A stretch of 64,000 bases of DNA, taken from the NCBI GenBank assembly GCA_051294375.1, contig CM119267.1, positions 19,962,251 to 20,026,250 of the forward strand. The letters run 5' to 3'. Below are positions 24,721 through 37,204 of the stretch, piece after piece. The number at the start of each line of letters is the position of its first letter. The first letter of the stretch is position 1. The notes beneath the pieces were generated by a model, which saw only the letters and a program-made list of their open reading frames with translations, searched no databases and was not told the DNA's origin. Origin of the DNA: Paraspadella gotoi. Lineage: Eukaryota > Animalia > Chaetognatha. Position numbers and translations under genes: made by a program.

Positions 24721-24994
24721 TGATTTGGTTCTTTTTTTTATATTATCTAAATTAAGTTGCAACAATAAATATAATAATCATCACAACAAATACCACCACG
24801 ATGACCCCAACTACCATAAAAATCATACGAAACGATAAAGGAAATTCTTAATTTGAACATGGTAGAATACTCAGAAACATTTTAGATTTTTATATTTTTA
24901 GAAAACGACGAACCTAAAAATAATGACAAAGCCTCCGAGAAGGGTGGTATTTCATTAGAGAGAGAGACCGGCGGTAAGTCGACTCACTGTGCCG

Positions 24995-25060
24995 GTCTAG
25001 CCGCGACTAGATTGGCTGGAGCGACGAGGATTATAACCGAAACTTAGTGAACTGGTCTCG
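24995..25060 (+). promoter_or_regulatory. Possible promoter of the 25581 gene
   Basis: GC island with a reverse CCAAT (GATTGGCTG, ~25010) followed by TTATAA (~25032), upstream of the putative 5'UTR intron. Confidence 0.25.
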
Positions 25061-25580
25061 GAACGTCACCTTAAGCGTCGTCGGCCGAGGTCGGTCTGTC
25101 GGTCACTCTGCAGCGAATTTATCGGAGATTCTGCTGCCGAAAGACGTCGACGATCAATTCAGTTCCGAAACTGAAGACTTTTTTAGTTGATGGAGGCGAA
25201 ATTAATGCTTATTCGAACGGCCATCTCTCACTCTGTTTTTATAAGTTTGTCAATGAACTGCAGCTAAGTTTTATTTGTCGAAATACTGGAATAAAGATTT
25301 CTAAAAATTAATCTTTACAATCAGAGTATAGAGTTGAAAAACTATTTAAAACGGACAAAGAACAAAACACCCCACGATTATTTATTTTTGCTGCCGTAGA
25401 CTTGAGCCTACTCATTAGTAGTACTAGTACTCAAATATTTTACAGAAATCGACAAGTGTTATTCTCTTTCTTTAAGAAATTATGTAAGTGTGAGGTGCGC
25501 GAAGGCAATTCAAAAGGGCGTGGTTGAAAAAAAAAACAAAAACGTGCATAATTTTATTGGTCCAGTACCCTGTCTCCTCC

Positions 25581-26569
25581 ATGGAGAACGAAGAGGACAA
25601 TGACGACAAATCGCCGGACAACGACGACGCGAAAGAAGGAGAGAAAAAACCCGCGGAGAGGCGAACGAAGAAAATCCTTGGCTTTTTCATTTCATACCTC
25701 GTCTGTTACGGTTGGACGCTGGGCACCGACATCGCCGGTTGGGGACTCAACTTTTTCACACTCGGAAATTACTTTGTTATTGGACATGCTTATTGGGGGT
25801 GAGTGATTGAGGTGAGGGAAAGGGAGAGAGAGAAAGATAGAGACTTTCTTCCCTTCAAAACCAGAATCGTCCAGATGATCATCATGGCATTCTCCAATGT
25901 CGTCACTCTTATCTACTGCGTATTGGTTCTCCGCAAATCGGCCGACTTATATCCTAACTTGTGGCTTACGCGACGACGCCGCATTCTGGTGACGACGGGA
26001 TTGGTGATCGGCCTCTCAGAGACGCTCTTCGCCCTCGACATGTTTATTGACAGGGTCAAGATATTTGCCGAAAAAGGTGGGGGGAACTGTATACACTATG
26101 CTCCGTATACACTATAAAGTGTACACTATACACTGGGGTGAAGTGAAAGTTAGGAATAACAAGTTTGAGCAAACAATGTCGGATCTCCCACGATAACTTG
26201 CATAATTTAATCAACTTGCATTATTTGGTCAACTGACATAATTTGGTCAACTGACATAATTTGGTCAACTGACATAATTTGGTCAACTGACATAATTTGG
26301 TCAACTGACTTAATTTGTTTAACTGACATAATTTGGTAAACTGACATAATTTGATCAACTGACATAATATGGTCAACCGACATAATTTGGTCAACTGACA
26401 TAATTTTTTCAACTGGCATAATTTTATCAACTGGCATAATTTGGTCAACTGGCATAATTTGGTCAACTGGCATAATTTGGTCAACTGGCTTAATTTGGTC
26501 AACTAGCATAATTTGGTCAACTTGCAGAATTTGTTCAACTGGCATATTTTTGTCAATTGGCATAATTTG

Positions 26570-26617
<48 letters not shown>

Positions 26618-28514
26618 GAGAGAGATAGAGAGATATAAACTTTAAAAAATTCAAATAAATGTGTCTTTTGGTTTTCTAATTTGAACTCTTTTCCACTCTT
26701 ACGATTCCATCAAAAAATTTATATCCAGCTTTATCACATACTTTCCTACCCACACACAACATTCCATTTCAATTTATCTATGCAATTTTTAATAAACATA
26801 ATAATTATGAGTAAATTTAAGTAAAAAAAGTAAATATGGCTTTTGCCTTTTTCCATTTTAACTCATTTCCACTCGCACGATTCCATCGAAACTTTATATC
26901 CAGCTTATTCACACACTTTCCTACCATCATACAAAATTTCAAGTCAATTGCTCTATCCACTCATGAGCAATTAGCGTTCAAATAGTGAAATAGATTTTTT
27001 TGTTTTTTCCATTTAAACTAATTTCCACTCGTACGATTCCATCGAAACTTCATATCCATCTCAATCACACAGTTTTCTACCCACACACAAAATTTCATAC
27101 CAATCCATTCATCCAATCACGACTAATTTGAGTTTTTTGCTCAGGGGAGGACGGACGGACGGACGGACGGACATCTTTTTTTGCATAATTTATCATAATT
27201 CGAGGTTCTGATATGATAATAATTGTAGAAAATGTTTATTATTTTCTATGCCACGAGGGCCGCGCGTTCGATTCGTCGGCTGTAGGTTAAACTGGCTTTA
27301 ACATGGAGCTAGGTTTTCTAAATCTTGAATGACGTAAATGTCGAATAAATGACGAATAAATCGTGAATAAGTTTATTTATTGTAGAGGTAAATAAATGGC
27401 GAATTTAAAGTAGTACAATAAGTTCGTGTAGAAAATCCTTGGATTCCGTAAAAACTACGGTTTCATACAGCCGATCTTTTCCAGAGAAATGATTATGATC
27501 GAATGACAAGTGACGAGGTTTTCGGCTAAAAGAAAATTACAAGAAAGCGACTAGAACGGTGAAAAGACTGGTCTGAAAAGGTCAACTAAATGACCAGGAA
27601 AAAATCTTAAAAGTATAGTGATCTCGCCAGACCTTACTATCAAAGAAAATTAATGAAAAAGTACTATAATCTAATTTGCATATTGCAGTAAATCATAATT
27701 AAATAAAAATTCAAACAAAAAATATTTGAATCGATATAAAACAAATAAAATGGATACACATTTCAACTAAAGTGAGGGAAGGGAAGGAGAGTAAGTAAAT
27801 GTAAAATTTGGTGAAAAGAGAGAGAGAGAGACAAAAATTAATACATTTGGTAATGTACAACAGTTAAAAAGAAATAAACTAAAAGTAAATAACAAAGATT
27901 AATAAATAATTATTAGTGAAAATTAAAAATTTTTCAGTTGTTTTCAAATGCTGATGAAAACTCGAACCCAAAGAGTTGAAACATGTCCGTCTATTAAAAT
28001 AAATCGTTGTCACAAATACAAAAACACTTTGTTTTCTCTAAATATTAAATAACAACGAAAAGAAAGGATTATCACATGTAATATATAATGTTATAATACT
28101 AAAATTATTTATAATTTTAATAATAGTACAAATTATCAGAATAACAAAAAAAAGTAATGTATAATTTGACTGTATCTCTCTTCTCAACTCCTATTTTAGA
28201 TATAATATGCCAATAGTGGGCCGACTGGTCCAAAGTTACAATAATAAATAAAAACAAAAAAATGATATATGCAATTAAATTATTCCGCGCAATTGCCGGA
28301 TATATAGCAGGTATCGCCGACCTGTCACATTAGCTTATGCACATGTGACATTGCATGTCATTATAAGTTATTCTTCACTTTTTCTCAAATGTAACCACGA
28401 AAATCTCGAATAAATGGCGACAATAAAAATTTTTAGAAGGAAAAAAATAATCAGAATTTTTCAAAAACGAACGATCACGCAAGAGATCGTACAGAAGAGA
28501 GAGACAGAAAAAGA

Positions 28515-28546
<32 letters not shown>

Positions 28547-28777
28547 AAGAAAGCTGAACAGACGCTGCAGAGCCAGAACTCGTTTACTCGTCGCCTAGTG
28601 ACGGTAGTGAAAAAAAGGTGACTAAAAATTTTTTTTGGAAAAAAAAAGAAAAGAGAGAGAGGGAGAGAGAGAGAGAGATAGAGAGAAAGAGAAGAGACAG
28701 AGAGCCGAAATCGTTTACTCGTCGCCTAGTGAAAAGTGGTGAAAAAAAAGTGAATACAAATTTTTTTTTGGAAAAAA

Positions 28778-28814
<37 letters not shown>

Positions 28815-31800
28815 AAAGTTTTCCCGCCAACGATACGCAATATTAGGATCACTCTCGTTTATATCGGTTATCCGTTGCCTAGCAACGGCGGCGTGATCTT
28901 GGTCAAGTTGATTTTTTTTATACACATAACGTTTTCGTTGCCATCAAAACGCGTTATTAGGTCATGTTCCTTGACATTGTTTACTCGTTGCCCTGCAACG
29001 GCCACGAAATCGAGGTCAAGTAAGATATTCTTCACATTTTCTCAAAAAAATCCATGAAAATCTCAGATGTAAATTTGGGATTTTGTATTGAGAAAAAAGC
29101 GCGGAATAAATACTTGATTAAAATTTTGCTTCAAAGTAAGTGACGAGCGTTCTGATAGGTTTTCGTGAAATGTGTTGAGAATCTTTGGCCCCCGTCGTTG
29201 AGAATGTTAAAGATCGTTGCTGAAGGAACCTTTGTTGTCGCCCCCGTCATTGAGAGATGACGAGAAGTTTGATCCTTTGTCGACCTCAAGGGAGCGAAAG
29301 TTCGGATGAATCGTTCATGAAAGGAAAAAAATTACAAAAAACTATAAAATGATTAAGGTATGCCATAAAAGGCATGTGCATAGGGATCACTGCCTTAAGT
29401 AGTGATGGCACTAGTCCACACTGCTACTAAAAAATAAAGGCTTGTGCATGGCGGTCACTGCCTTGAATAGCGATGGGGCATAAGCTCCCTGCTACTACTA
29501 AATAGAGGCGCGTGCATCGTGGTCACCGCCTTGTGTGATCACGGCAGACTTATGGGGATCGTCGCTGGACCATTATGTGGAGAGGCAGACGTATTGTGAT
29601 CGTTGCCTGTTAGGGCAGACTTTAAAGAAAGATATATTTTTGCAAGTGCAAGTGCACTATTTTGTTTTGAGAGTGGCGAAATTCGTTTTGCGCTAAGTAA
29701 AAATTTTTTTAGGCAGAATTCATTCAACTGAACAGATATAATAACTCGAAAATAATCAATCAGATTTACCTTTTTTGGAAAACATTTGTTGGAGGATGAT
29801 ACGTTTAAATTTGAACGTTTTCACCTGAAATTTGATCAGTCGTCGTTGTTGACAACTTGACATCCACTTAGCATAATCCGGACTTTCCCGGAAGGTTTGT
29901 TAATCCATGAAGGCCTCGCAAAGAGTTGTGTGGTGAAGGCTGTCGCAATCCCGACAACGGCGCTAAGATCGACAGACATTAGTTTCGTGCCCTGGACGAA
30001 CAAAGCTCCCGGGAAAGTCCGGATTATGCCAAGTGGATGTCAACAACGACGACTGATCAAATTTCAGGTGAAAACGTTCAAATTTAAACGTATCATGACC
30101 GGACGCGAGGTCACAAAATCTTCCAATAATGATTTACTGACAATATTTTTGGGTGCTGATAAGCAGATCCGACTAAAAATTTAGCAGTTATATCTTGAAA
30201 ACTATTATATTAGTGAATACTAATCTGGAGTTATTTTTTTAATGTATATTGTAGCCCTGTCAGCTACATGTATATATATATATATATTTATATATATACG
30301 TATATAGTACTAGCCTTGTATAATGTTAAACTTTCAAAATGGTTTTTTAAAAATTCTGAGAACAGATTCAGATTCCGGTAAAAAGTTGATAAAAAAAATA
30401 TAAATCTTTTTCAAAAATTATGTCATTAAGTAGATTAAAATTATAAACTATATTTTTAAACTGGAAAATAAAAATCGATCGTTTAAATATAGTTTTTTAT
30501 ATTTTTGACCAACTTAATAAAATAATTTTTAAAAAATAATTATACTTTCTTATATCAACTTTTTGTAAAGAATCCAAATCCGATCTTAAAATTTTAGCCT
30601 ATTATATACTGATTAATATATATAAATATAGCTCACTGATGCCCACTAATGTATAAAATTAAAAAAAGAAATTTACCCAAGTATTATTATTAGTTTTTAT
30701 TTTTATGTTCTATCTGATAAATTTTAATTCATAAAATTATATTTTTTTCACATCACTCTACACGGAATAGACCTAAAGCCGTACTAAATTTATTTCGTGA
30801 ATGGCCACGAGGCCAGTTTTGAATGTAAAAAAAGTTATAGTTAGCATCTATCCCCTCCAAGCTCAGACGCTAACTCGGATTACCAAACCCCCTCACTGGT
30901 CGTCTCCGCAGTTCGCGATCACGTATTCAAGATCGAACCCAAGCTCGACGCGGAGGCGATCTCAATAGACGAACGCAAGTACATCGAGATCTGCAAAGTA
31001 AAGATCCTTCTCAAGTACTCGCGGAATCTATGGACGGCAACGCTGCACGCCAATTATCTTTTGAATTACGTGAGTGACGTAATGAGAAATATTACGTTTT
31101 TATAATTAACTTTGTCGGTCCGTCGGTCCGCCCCCCCAATCTTGTCGGGCATTCGATTATATCATGTCAGAACATCGAATTATGATAAATTATGCCAAAA
31201 AAATGATGTCCGTCCGTCCGTCCGTCTGTCTGTCTGTCCGTTCGTCCGTCCCACCTTAGCAAAAACCAATTACTCGTGATTTGATGGAGGGATCGGAATG
31301 AAATTTTGTGTGTGGGTTAAGGGGTGAACTTAGGTAATTTTTTGCCTGATTAACTGAGCAAAGTGTTATTGAAATTGCCTAGGTAAAGAAATGATTTTTC
31401 TTAACTAAGATAGGCAATTTCTGAATCATAATATTTTGCTTATATTTATTTTTAAAGATAAATAAAACAATATATTTTCTTTTATTGTTTTAATTTCGTT
31501 ATCAACTATATTTTAAGCCAAAAAATACTTTTCCCAGATGGCATGAAATATGAATATGTTAAAAAAAATGATGCAAGTTTAAAAAATGATTCAATTTCAA
31601 AAAAAGATGCAAGTTAAAAAATGATGCGAATTAAAAAAATGATGCAAGTTGAAAAAAAGATGCGGGATGAAAAAAAATGCAAGTGAAAGAAATGATGCAA
31701 GCTGAAAAAAAAATAGTTAAAAAAATTATTTGTTTGTACCATAGTAACAGTTCAGATTTATTCCCTTGCAAGCGATTTATATGTATTGGCGCAGCCACTG

Positions 31801-32188
31801 GTTTGGTATGTTACGATCTGTTATGATCAGTGAAGATCACAAATTGAAAGAGTTATCGAGATTTATCATCTGATTAGCTGATTACCGCTTAATTATTGTT
31901 GGCAGATCCGACATTGTATGCTTTAACTTGTTTTTTGCCATCCATGTCAAAATGGATTCATCATTTCATTTTTGTATGGTCTGTCTCTGTTCTTATTTAT
32001 GTATGCCATAGCTTACAACTAGAATTTACTAGTTTCTCTCTTGATGCAAAACACTGCTGAATCCTTCTTGCACAAGGTAGCCTTCCAATATCAACGATAC
32101 TGCCTTCCGAAGCGCGACTCTTTAATCAAAATCGACTCATCTGTGTGGAATAAAGTTGAGGGTTTTGTCGCGGAAACCCGTTCGGACG
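25581..32188 (+). CDS. Partial multipass membrane protein gene, possibly a highly diverged XK-related paralogue; 3' end not found
   Basis: Phase-consistent exons 25581-25798, 25865-26076, 30912-31069, 32077-32188 with GTGAGT/GTGGGG/GTGAGA donors and a CTAAC branch-like motif before 30912. Probable 5'UTR intron ending at 25565. Protein: acidic N-terminus, then hydrophobic helices, ..TDIAGW..NYFVIGHAYWGIVQMII. Confidence 0.7.
26158..27220 (-). mobile_element. HINE-like element, 5' end missing
   Basis: Collinear with 35026-36240; contains the 18-bp array and (AATC)n. Confidence 0.8.
26207..26572. repeat. 18-bp tandem array, about 20 units (CAACTG[A/G]CATAATTTGGT)
   Basis: Directly visible; produces the VDQIMS/LTKLCQ pseudo-ORFs. 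Confidence 0.95.
27760..28040. mobile_element. Decayed Penelope inverted-pLTR remnant
   Basis: 27760-27900 resembles the antisense arm (..gagagac..aaaaattaatacattt..aatgtacaaca..); 27930-28040 is the sense pLTR end with the hammerhead. Confidence 0.6.
27947..27991 (+). ncRNA. Minimal hammerhead ribozyme in a decayed Penelope pLTR
   Basis: AATG-CTGATGA-A-AACTC(gaacccaaa)GAGTT-GAAA-CAT-GTC^CGTC, followed by AATAAA and a tail like the other pLTRs. Confidence 0.85.
28330..29100. repeat. Unclassified (GA)n-containing interspersed repeat
   Basis: ACTCGTTTACTCGTCGCCTAGTGACGGT..GAAAAAAA occurs twice here and twice at 44390-44580; related pieces at 42860-43040 and, inverted, at 45640-45980. Confidence 0.65.
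29370..29560. repeat. 68-bp diverged tandem repeat, about 3 units
   Basis: AGGC.YGTGCAT..G.TCACYGCCTT starts at 29370, 29438 and 29506. Confidence 0.75.
29796..30096. mobile_element. Foldback/MITE-like inverted repeat, ~110-bp arms
   Basis: ATGATACGTTTAAATTTGAACGTTTTCACCTGAAATTTGATCAGTCGTCGTTGTTGAC.. and its near-perfect reverse complement. Confidence 0.8.
31105..31932 (+). mobile_element. HINE-like element with A-rich 18-bp array (31558-31715)
   Basis: (GTCC/GTCT)n core and the 3' end GCAGATCCGACATTGT..AACTTGTT. Confidence 0.75.
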
Positions 32189-33442
32189 GTGAGAGAGAAT
32201 TGATATTTTTTAATCAAACGGTAGAATTCGTGGTGAATGACTATAATAATTAGCAATGAACAGGCGACCAAAGAGGGCTCATAATGGACTATTACAGAGG
32301 ATTACATATTGCATAATGCAGTAGTTTGGGCATTAATTTCTAAAGTGACGAAAATTGCATCAAGGAACGAACGTCATCATTAGAGACGCATCTTGCTCTT
32401 GCTACGCAAGCACGGACATCTCATGGATGGTTTTTGAACCGATTTTGCTGACTTTACGAAGATTAATGGGATATTCAGGTCGATTTCTTTTTACTTTAAA
32501 AAGTAATTATATCATAAAATGCCTTACTTTTTTGGTAACTTTCAACGCTTCCAAAAATAAAAATGAAGCAAATCTCATATTATTAGAATATAAGAATATA
32601 ATATTCTAAAAAGAATAGTTTTAGATACTACTGGGGTAGCCATAACCAAAGTCAATTTATTTTATTTAAATATTAATTTCAAAGTTGCCAAAGAGTCAAA
32701 CAGGGTTTTTTTCGTCATTTTAAGTGATATTTCAAAATTAAATCTTTTTTTTTTCAATAGAGGTCTTTCGTCTAACTAAGAAGGATATCAAGTATTATCA
32801 AAGTAAGAATTGAAATTTATTTTACTGTGAGATTGACTGTTGTTTACTAACACATATTATGAAAGGAAAAAAAAACTGACGTGGTAACTTTCATGGCATT
32901 TTTCGGTAATAATAAAATAAAAAATATCACAAAAAGATAATTCAGTTTTTTGTCCTTTGATTCAAAGTTTGAACGAGCTGTATCTTATTCATATTCGACA
33001 AAAAATGTAAAACTACGTGAAAGTGTCTTAAAATTTTTAAATACTATGATGGAAAAAAAATTGTCGCAGTTTGGAAAAGTCGGTTAATTTTATTGTCAAA
33101 TATATTTTTTGGATGGTAAATAGGTTTTAATATATATTATGACCTCCTTAAGACTGAATAAAAAGATTTTTTTTCAGCAGTATAAAATTATTTAATGCAT
33201 ACAAATACTTCTAAAAAAGGTGGACTTGTGGACTCTTAATTTTGACCAAAAAGATTACTCACATTATTATTAATATTATATCTCTAACATGATATTTTTT
33301 ATTAGATTTGGGGCAAAAAATGGTCCTTAGAGGGCAGTAAAAAAGATTGATCCCCTATAAAGTTAACCAAGCTTGTGTTGTTGCTGCATAATGTGCACAT
33401 GTGATGATGCATTGTCTTTCACTTCAATAAAATATTAGATTT

Positions 33443-34415
33443 TTAGTCGGATCCGATTATCAGCAGATTCTGACTCTATAATTCACTTCGTCGGTCCGTC
33501 GGTCCCACCCCTAAATCTTGTCGGTAAATCATTTTTATCACATCAGAAAATCATATTATGCTAAATTAAGCAACAAAAAAGACGATATCCGTCTGTCTGT
33601 CTGTCCGTCCCCCATTAGCAAAAAACTCTAATTACTCGTGATTGGATGGATGGATTGAAATGAAATTATGTGTGTTGTTAGGAAAGTGTATGATTGAGCT
33701 GGATATAAATTTTTGATGGAATCGTTTGAGTAAAAATGAGTTTAAATGAAAAAAACATAAGTCACATTAACTTGAATCTTTTTACTAATTTTAACCCATA
33801 ATTACTCGAATTAATCATAACTGGATAGATAGATTGAGATTAAATTTTGTGTGTGGGTAGGAAAGTGTGTGATGAAGCTGGATATAAAGTTTAGATAGAA
33901 TCGTGGGAGTGGAAATGAGTTTAAATGAAAAAAAATAAGTCACTTTTATTTGAATCTTTTTAATAATTTTAATCCATATTTAATTGATTTATTCATAATT
34001 GGATGGATAGAATGAGATTAAATTTTGTGTGTGGGTAGGAAAGTGTGTGATTGAACACGATAAATTATCGTCGATATAAAGTTTTGATGGAATAGAAAAG
34101 TGGAAATGAGATTGAATGGAAAAAATCAAAGTCAAGTTGTCTTGAATTTTTATTATTTAAGCTTACTCATGAATGTTTTAATTAATTAATTAATTAAGTG
34201 AAAAAATGATGCAAGTTAAAAAATGAAGCAAGTTAAAAAAATTTTGCAAGTTTAAAAAATAATGCAAATTTGAAAAATGAATCAAGTTGATAAAATGAAG
34301 CAAGTTAAAAAAATGATGCAAGTTTAAAAAATGATGCAAATTTGAAAAATGAATCGAGTTTAAAAAATGATGTGAGTAAAAAAAATGATGCAGGTTAAAA
34401 AAATGATGCGATTTT
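33443..34415 (+). mobile_element. HINE-like element with A-rich 18-bp array (34200-34412)
   Basis: 5' hairpin, GTCY microsatellite, three subrepeats, AAAAATGATGCAAGTT units. Confidence 0.78.
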
Positions 34416-34880
34416 TTACTGAAATTTTTCCCAGGAACGTTTATATTGTTTGGTAGTCAAATTTTAACGAAAATCTCCATTGAAAAAATCTTCCTCGATC
34501 TCTAATAACGACGTCGGCTCCTAATTATAGAGTCGGGATATTTCGAAAACTTTGGAAAATGTATATAAATAAAAAAAATTATCCAAATAACCAAAATGAT
34601 ATAATTTTTTTGCCTACTTATTCTCTTTTGCATTTTACGCTTATATTTTTATCGCATATGGATGAAACACAGCTCGTTCAAAAGTCAAGAACTTAAAATA
34701 TCTTGATGTGATATTTTTTCTTCTTAATTTTTAGCCAGATCGGCTTACGGTAGATCCAGGCTCTACGATTCATTTTGTCGGTCCGTCTGTCCTACCCCAA
34801 AATCTTGTCGGTAAGTCACTAAAACACGTCAGAACATCAATATTCAATATTTACTTGACTTAGTTTATTTATTTATCTAT

Positions 34881-34935
<55 letters not shown>

Positions 34936-35025
34936 TAATTAGATGATTGGATTAAGAAATTTTCTGTAAGAGTAGAAAAGCGCGTGATTAAGGTAGATAT
35001 AAAGTTTAGATGGAATCGTGCAAGT

Positions 35026-36330
35026 AACAAGTTTGAGCAAACAATGTCGGATCTGCCTACGATAATTAAGTGGTAATAAGCTAACTTGGTCAACTTGCAT
35101 AATTGGTCAACTGACATAATTTGGTCAACTGGCATAATTTTATCAACTGGCCTAATTTGGTCAACTGGCATAATTTGGTCAACAAGCATAATTTGGTCAA
35201 CTTGCAGAACTTGATCAACTTGCAGAATTTGGTCAACTGGCATTATTTGGTCAACTTTAAGAATTTGGTCAACTGGAATATTTTTGTCAATTGGCATAAT
35301 TTGGTCAATCTGTGGATAAGGCGCTAAGTGGGCAGAAGATGACTATCCGTAACTTCTATAACCCCTCTAGCAGACATGGAACGGGTCCTGGGCTTGGAAC
35401 CAGGCTTGAGGGTTTGCCACGCCCCAAGGCGGCTTACGGCCGTCCTCATTCTTCCCGCAGGTAGGTACCGGGTTGGGATTGAACCCAGTACCTAGTGGTC
35501 ATGAGCTGATGGCTTTACTCAATGAGCCACCGGGTCACAACTGAAAGAGTCATGCTTATAGGCGGGGTGAACCTAGGCAATGCCCGACTACAAATCAATC
35601 AATCAATCAATCAGAGAGAGATAGAGAAAAAAGAAACTTTAAAAAATTCAAATAAATGTGTCTTTTGGTTTTCTAATTTGAACTCTTTTCCACTCTTACG
35701 ATTCCATCAAAAAATTTATATCCAGCTTTATCACATACTTTCCTACCCACACACAAAATTCCATTTCTATTTATCTATCCAATTTTTAATAAACATAATA
35801 ATTATGAGTAAATTTTAAGTAAAAATACTTCAAGTAAATATGGCTTTTGCCTTTTTCCATTTTAACTCATTTCCACTCGCACGATTCCATCGAAACTTTA
35901 TATCCAGCTCAATCACACACTTTCCTACCATCATACAAAATTTTAAGTCAATTGCCCTATCCACTCATGAGCAATTGGCGTTCAAATAGTGAAATATATT
36001 TTTTTGTTTTTTCCATTTAAACCAATTTCCACTCGCACGATTCCCTCAAAACTTCATATCCATCTCAATCACACAGTTTTCTACCCACACACAAAATTTC
36101 ATACCAATCCATTCATCCAATCACGAGTAATTGGATTTTTTGCTAAGGTGGGAAGGACGGAACGGACAGACAGACAGACAGACAGACAGACATCATTTTT
36201 TTACATAATTATCATAATTCGATATTCTGACATGATATAAGTGTGTGCCCGACAATATTGAGGGGCGGACCGACGAACCGACAAAGTGAATTATAGAGTC
36301 GGATCTGCTGATAAGCAGATCCGACTAAAA
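35026..36330 (-). mobile_element. DINE-1/HINE-like (Helentron-associated) non-autonomous element, near complete
   Basis: 5' hairpin AGTCGGATCTGC-ttatca-GCAGATCCGACT, (GTCY)n microsatellite, ~125-bp subrepeats, 18-bp array 35083-35306, 3' subterminal GCAGATCCGAC, T-rich flanks. Confidence 0.8.
35311..35592 (-). mobile_element. Probable solo LTR of a second tRNA-containing family (tRNA-like module with CAT loop)
   Basis: TGTAG...CCACA termini, AATC on both flanks, TATA-like CTATAAG, A box TGGCTCATTGAG, B box GGTTCAATCC (35536-35465). Partial copies at 40931-41088 (-) and ~41545-41735 (+). Confidence 0.7.
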
Positions 36331-36664
36331 AACGAGTTTAAATTGGAAAAAACAAAGTCACATTTAAATTTTGAAGAGACATCATATGCACAGCTGATGT
36401 ATATTGAGATAAGACAGTTTTTATTTGTGAAAGTTATATTATTTTATTTATTCTCATTTATTTTAATTCTTTTTCAATATTAAAGTTTATTTCTCTCTCT
36501 CTCTCTTAGTTAAAATGATTGATTGACTGATAGATCAGTTAATAGGCTTAAAGATAGACTAATAAATTCTTTTTTGATTTATGAGAAAAATCAGTTATGA
36601 TTTGTCGTTCTCCAACATTGTTTACTCACACTTATTTAGCGGTAGTATTTCGCTACTCGTCCAA

Positions 36665-36785
36665 GAATCAGCAGCACCTATGCGCCGGAGGTAGCACGAG
36701 CTCCTCCCAACCCAAAGAACTCGGGTTTGCGCCCTGCTGATTCATACAAAAAGCGGGACGGGGCGTCTACCCACCTGTAGTGACG
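36665..36785 (+). mobile_element. Diverged relative of the TRIM family 1 LTR (duplicate at ~38665-38785)
   Basis: tcagcagc..tggcgccggagg..cctcccaacccaaag..gggtt..gccc..gggacggggcg..aacccacctgta aligns with the LTR core. Confidence 0.6.
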
Positions 36786-36918
36786 ACCTTGTGTGCAACG
36801 GACGGTGATCTGCTCGCGGCATCATCTTCCACAGTGGCGCGTTTTTTTCTTTTGCACATGTCTTTGTCCGCTCGTAGTATACTAATAATAGGTGTTATTC
36901 ATTTTATTCTTTCTACAG

Positions 36919-36941
36919 CTTTTCTGAATGGAACAACTGAG
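36919..36941 (+). CDS. Candidate 23-nt microexon of the 25581 gene (duplicate at 38916-38938)
   Basis: tttattctttctacag|CTTTTCTGAATGGAACAACTGAG|gttagt; phase 1 continues exon 32077-32188 as AFLNGTTE. Confidence 0.4.
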
Positions 36942-37204
36942 GTTAGTTTTTTATGTGAGAATTACTGATCTTTCATTGACCTATTTGCTCATGTTCTTCT
37001 GCTATTTTTTGATCCTTAAACAAATGAAATATTTTATAAAAACAAGAACGGTAATTCAAATGTGTTGCGCCGCAGTGACTGCCTTATCATATGTATTTTT
37101 TGTCCCATGACATGACATGACATGACGTGTCATAACTAATAATAACTTTCTTTACCCATGTATTTATGACAAGCACTGCATCAAATTTCCATCTTTTATT
37201 CTAT

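Noticed and set aside
26207-26578. VDQIMS / LTKLCQ repeat ORFs (also 34929-35327), or a CRISPR-like array
   Set aside because: Contiguous 18-bp tandem units without spacers inside a HINE; the ORFs are a by-product.
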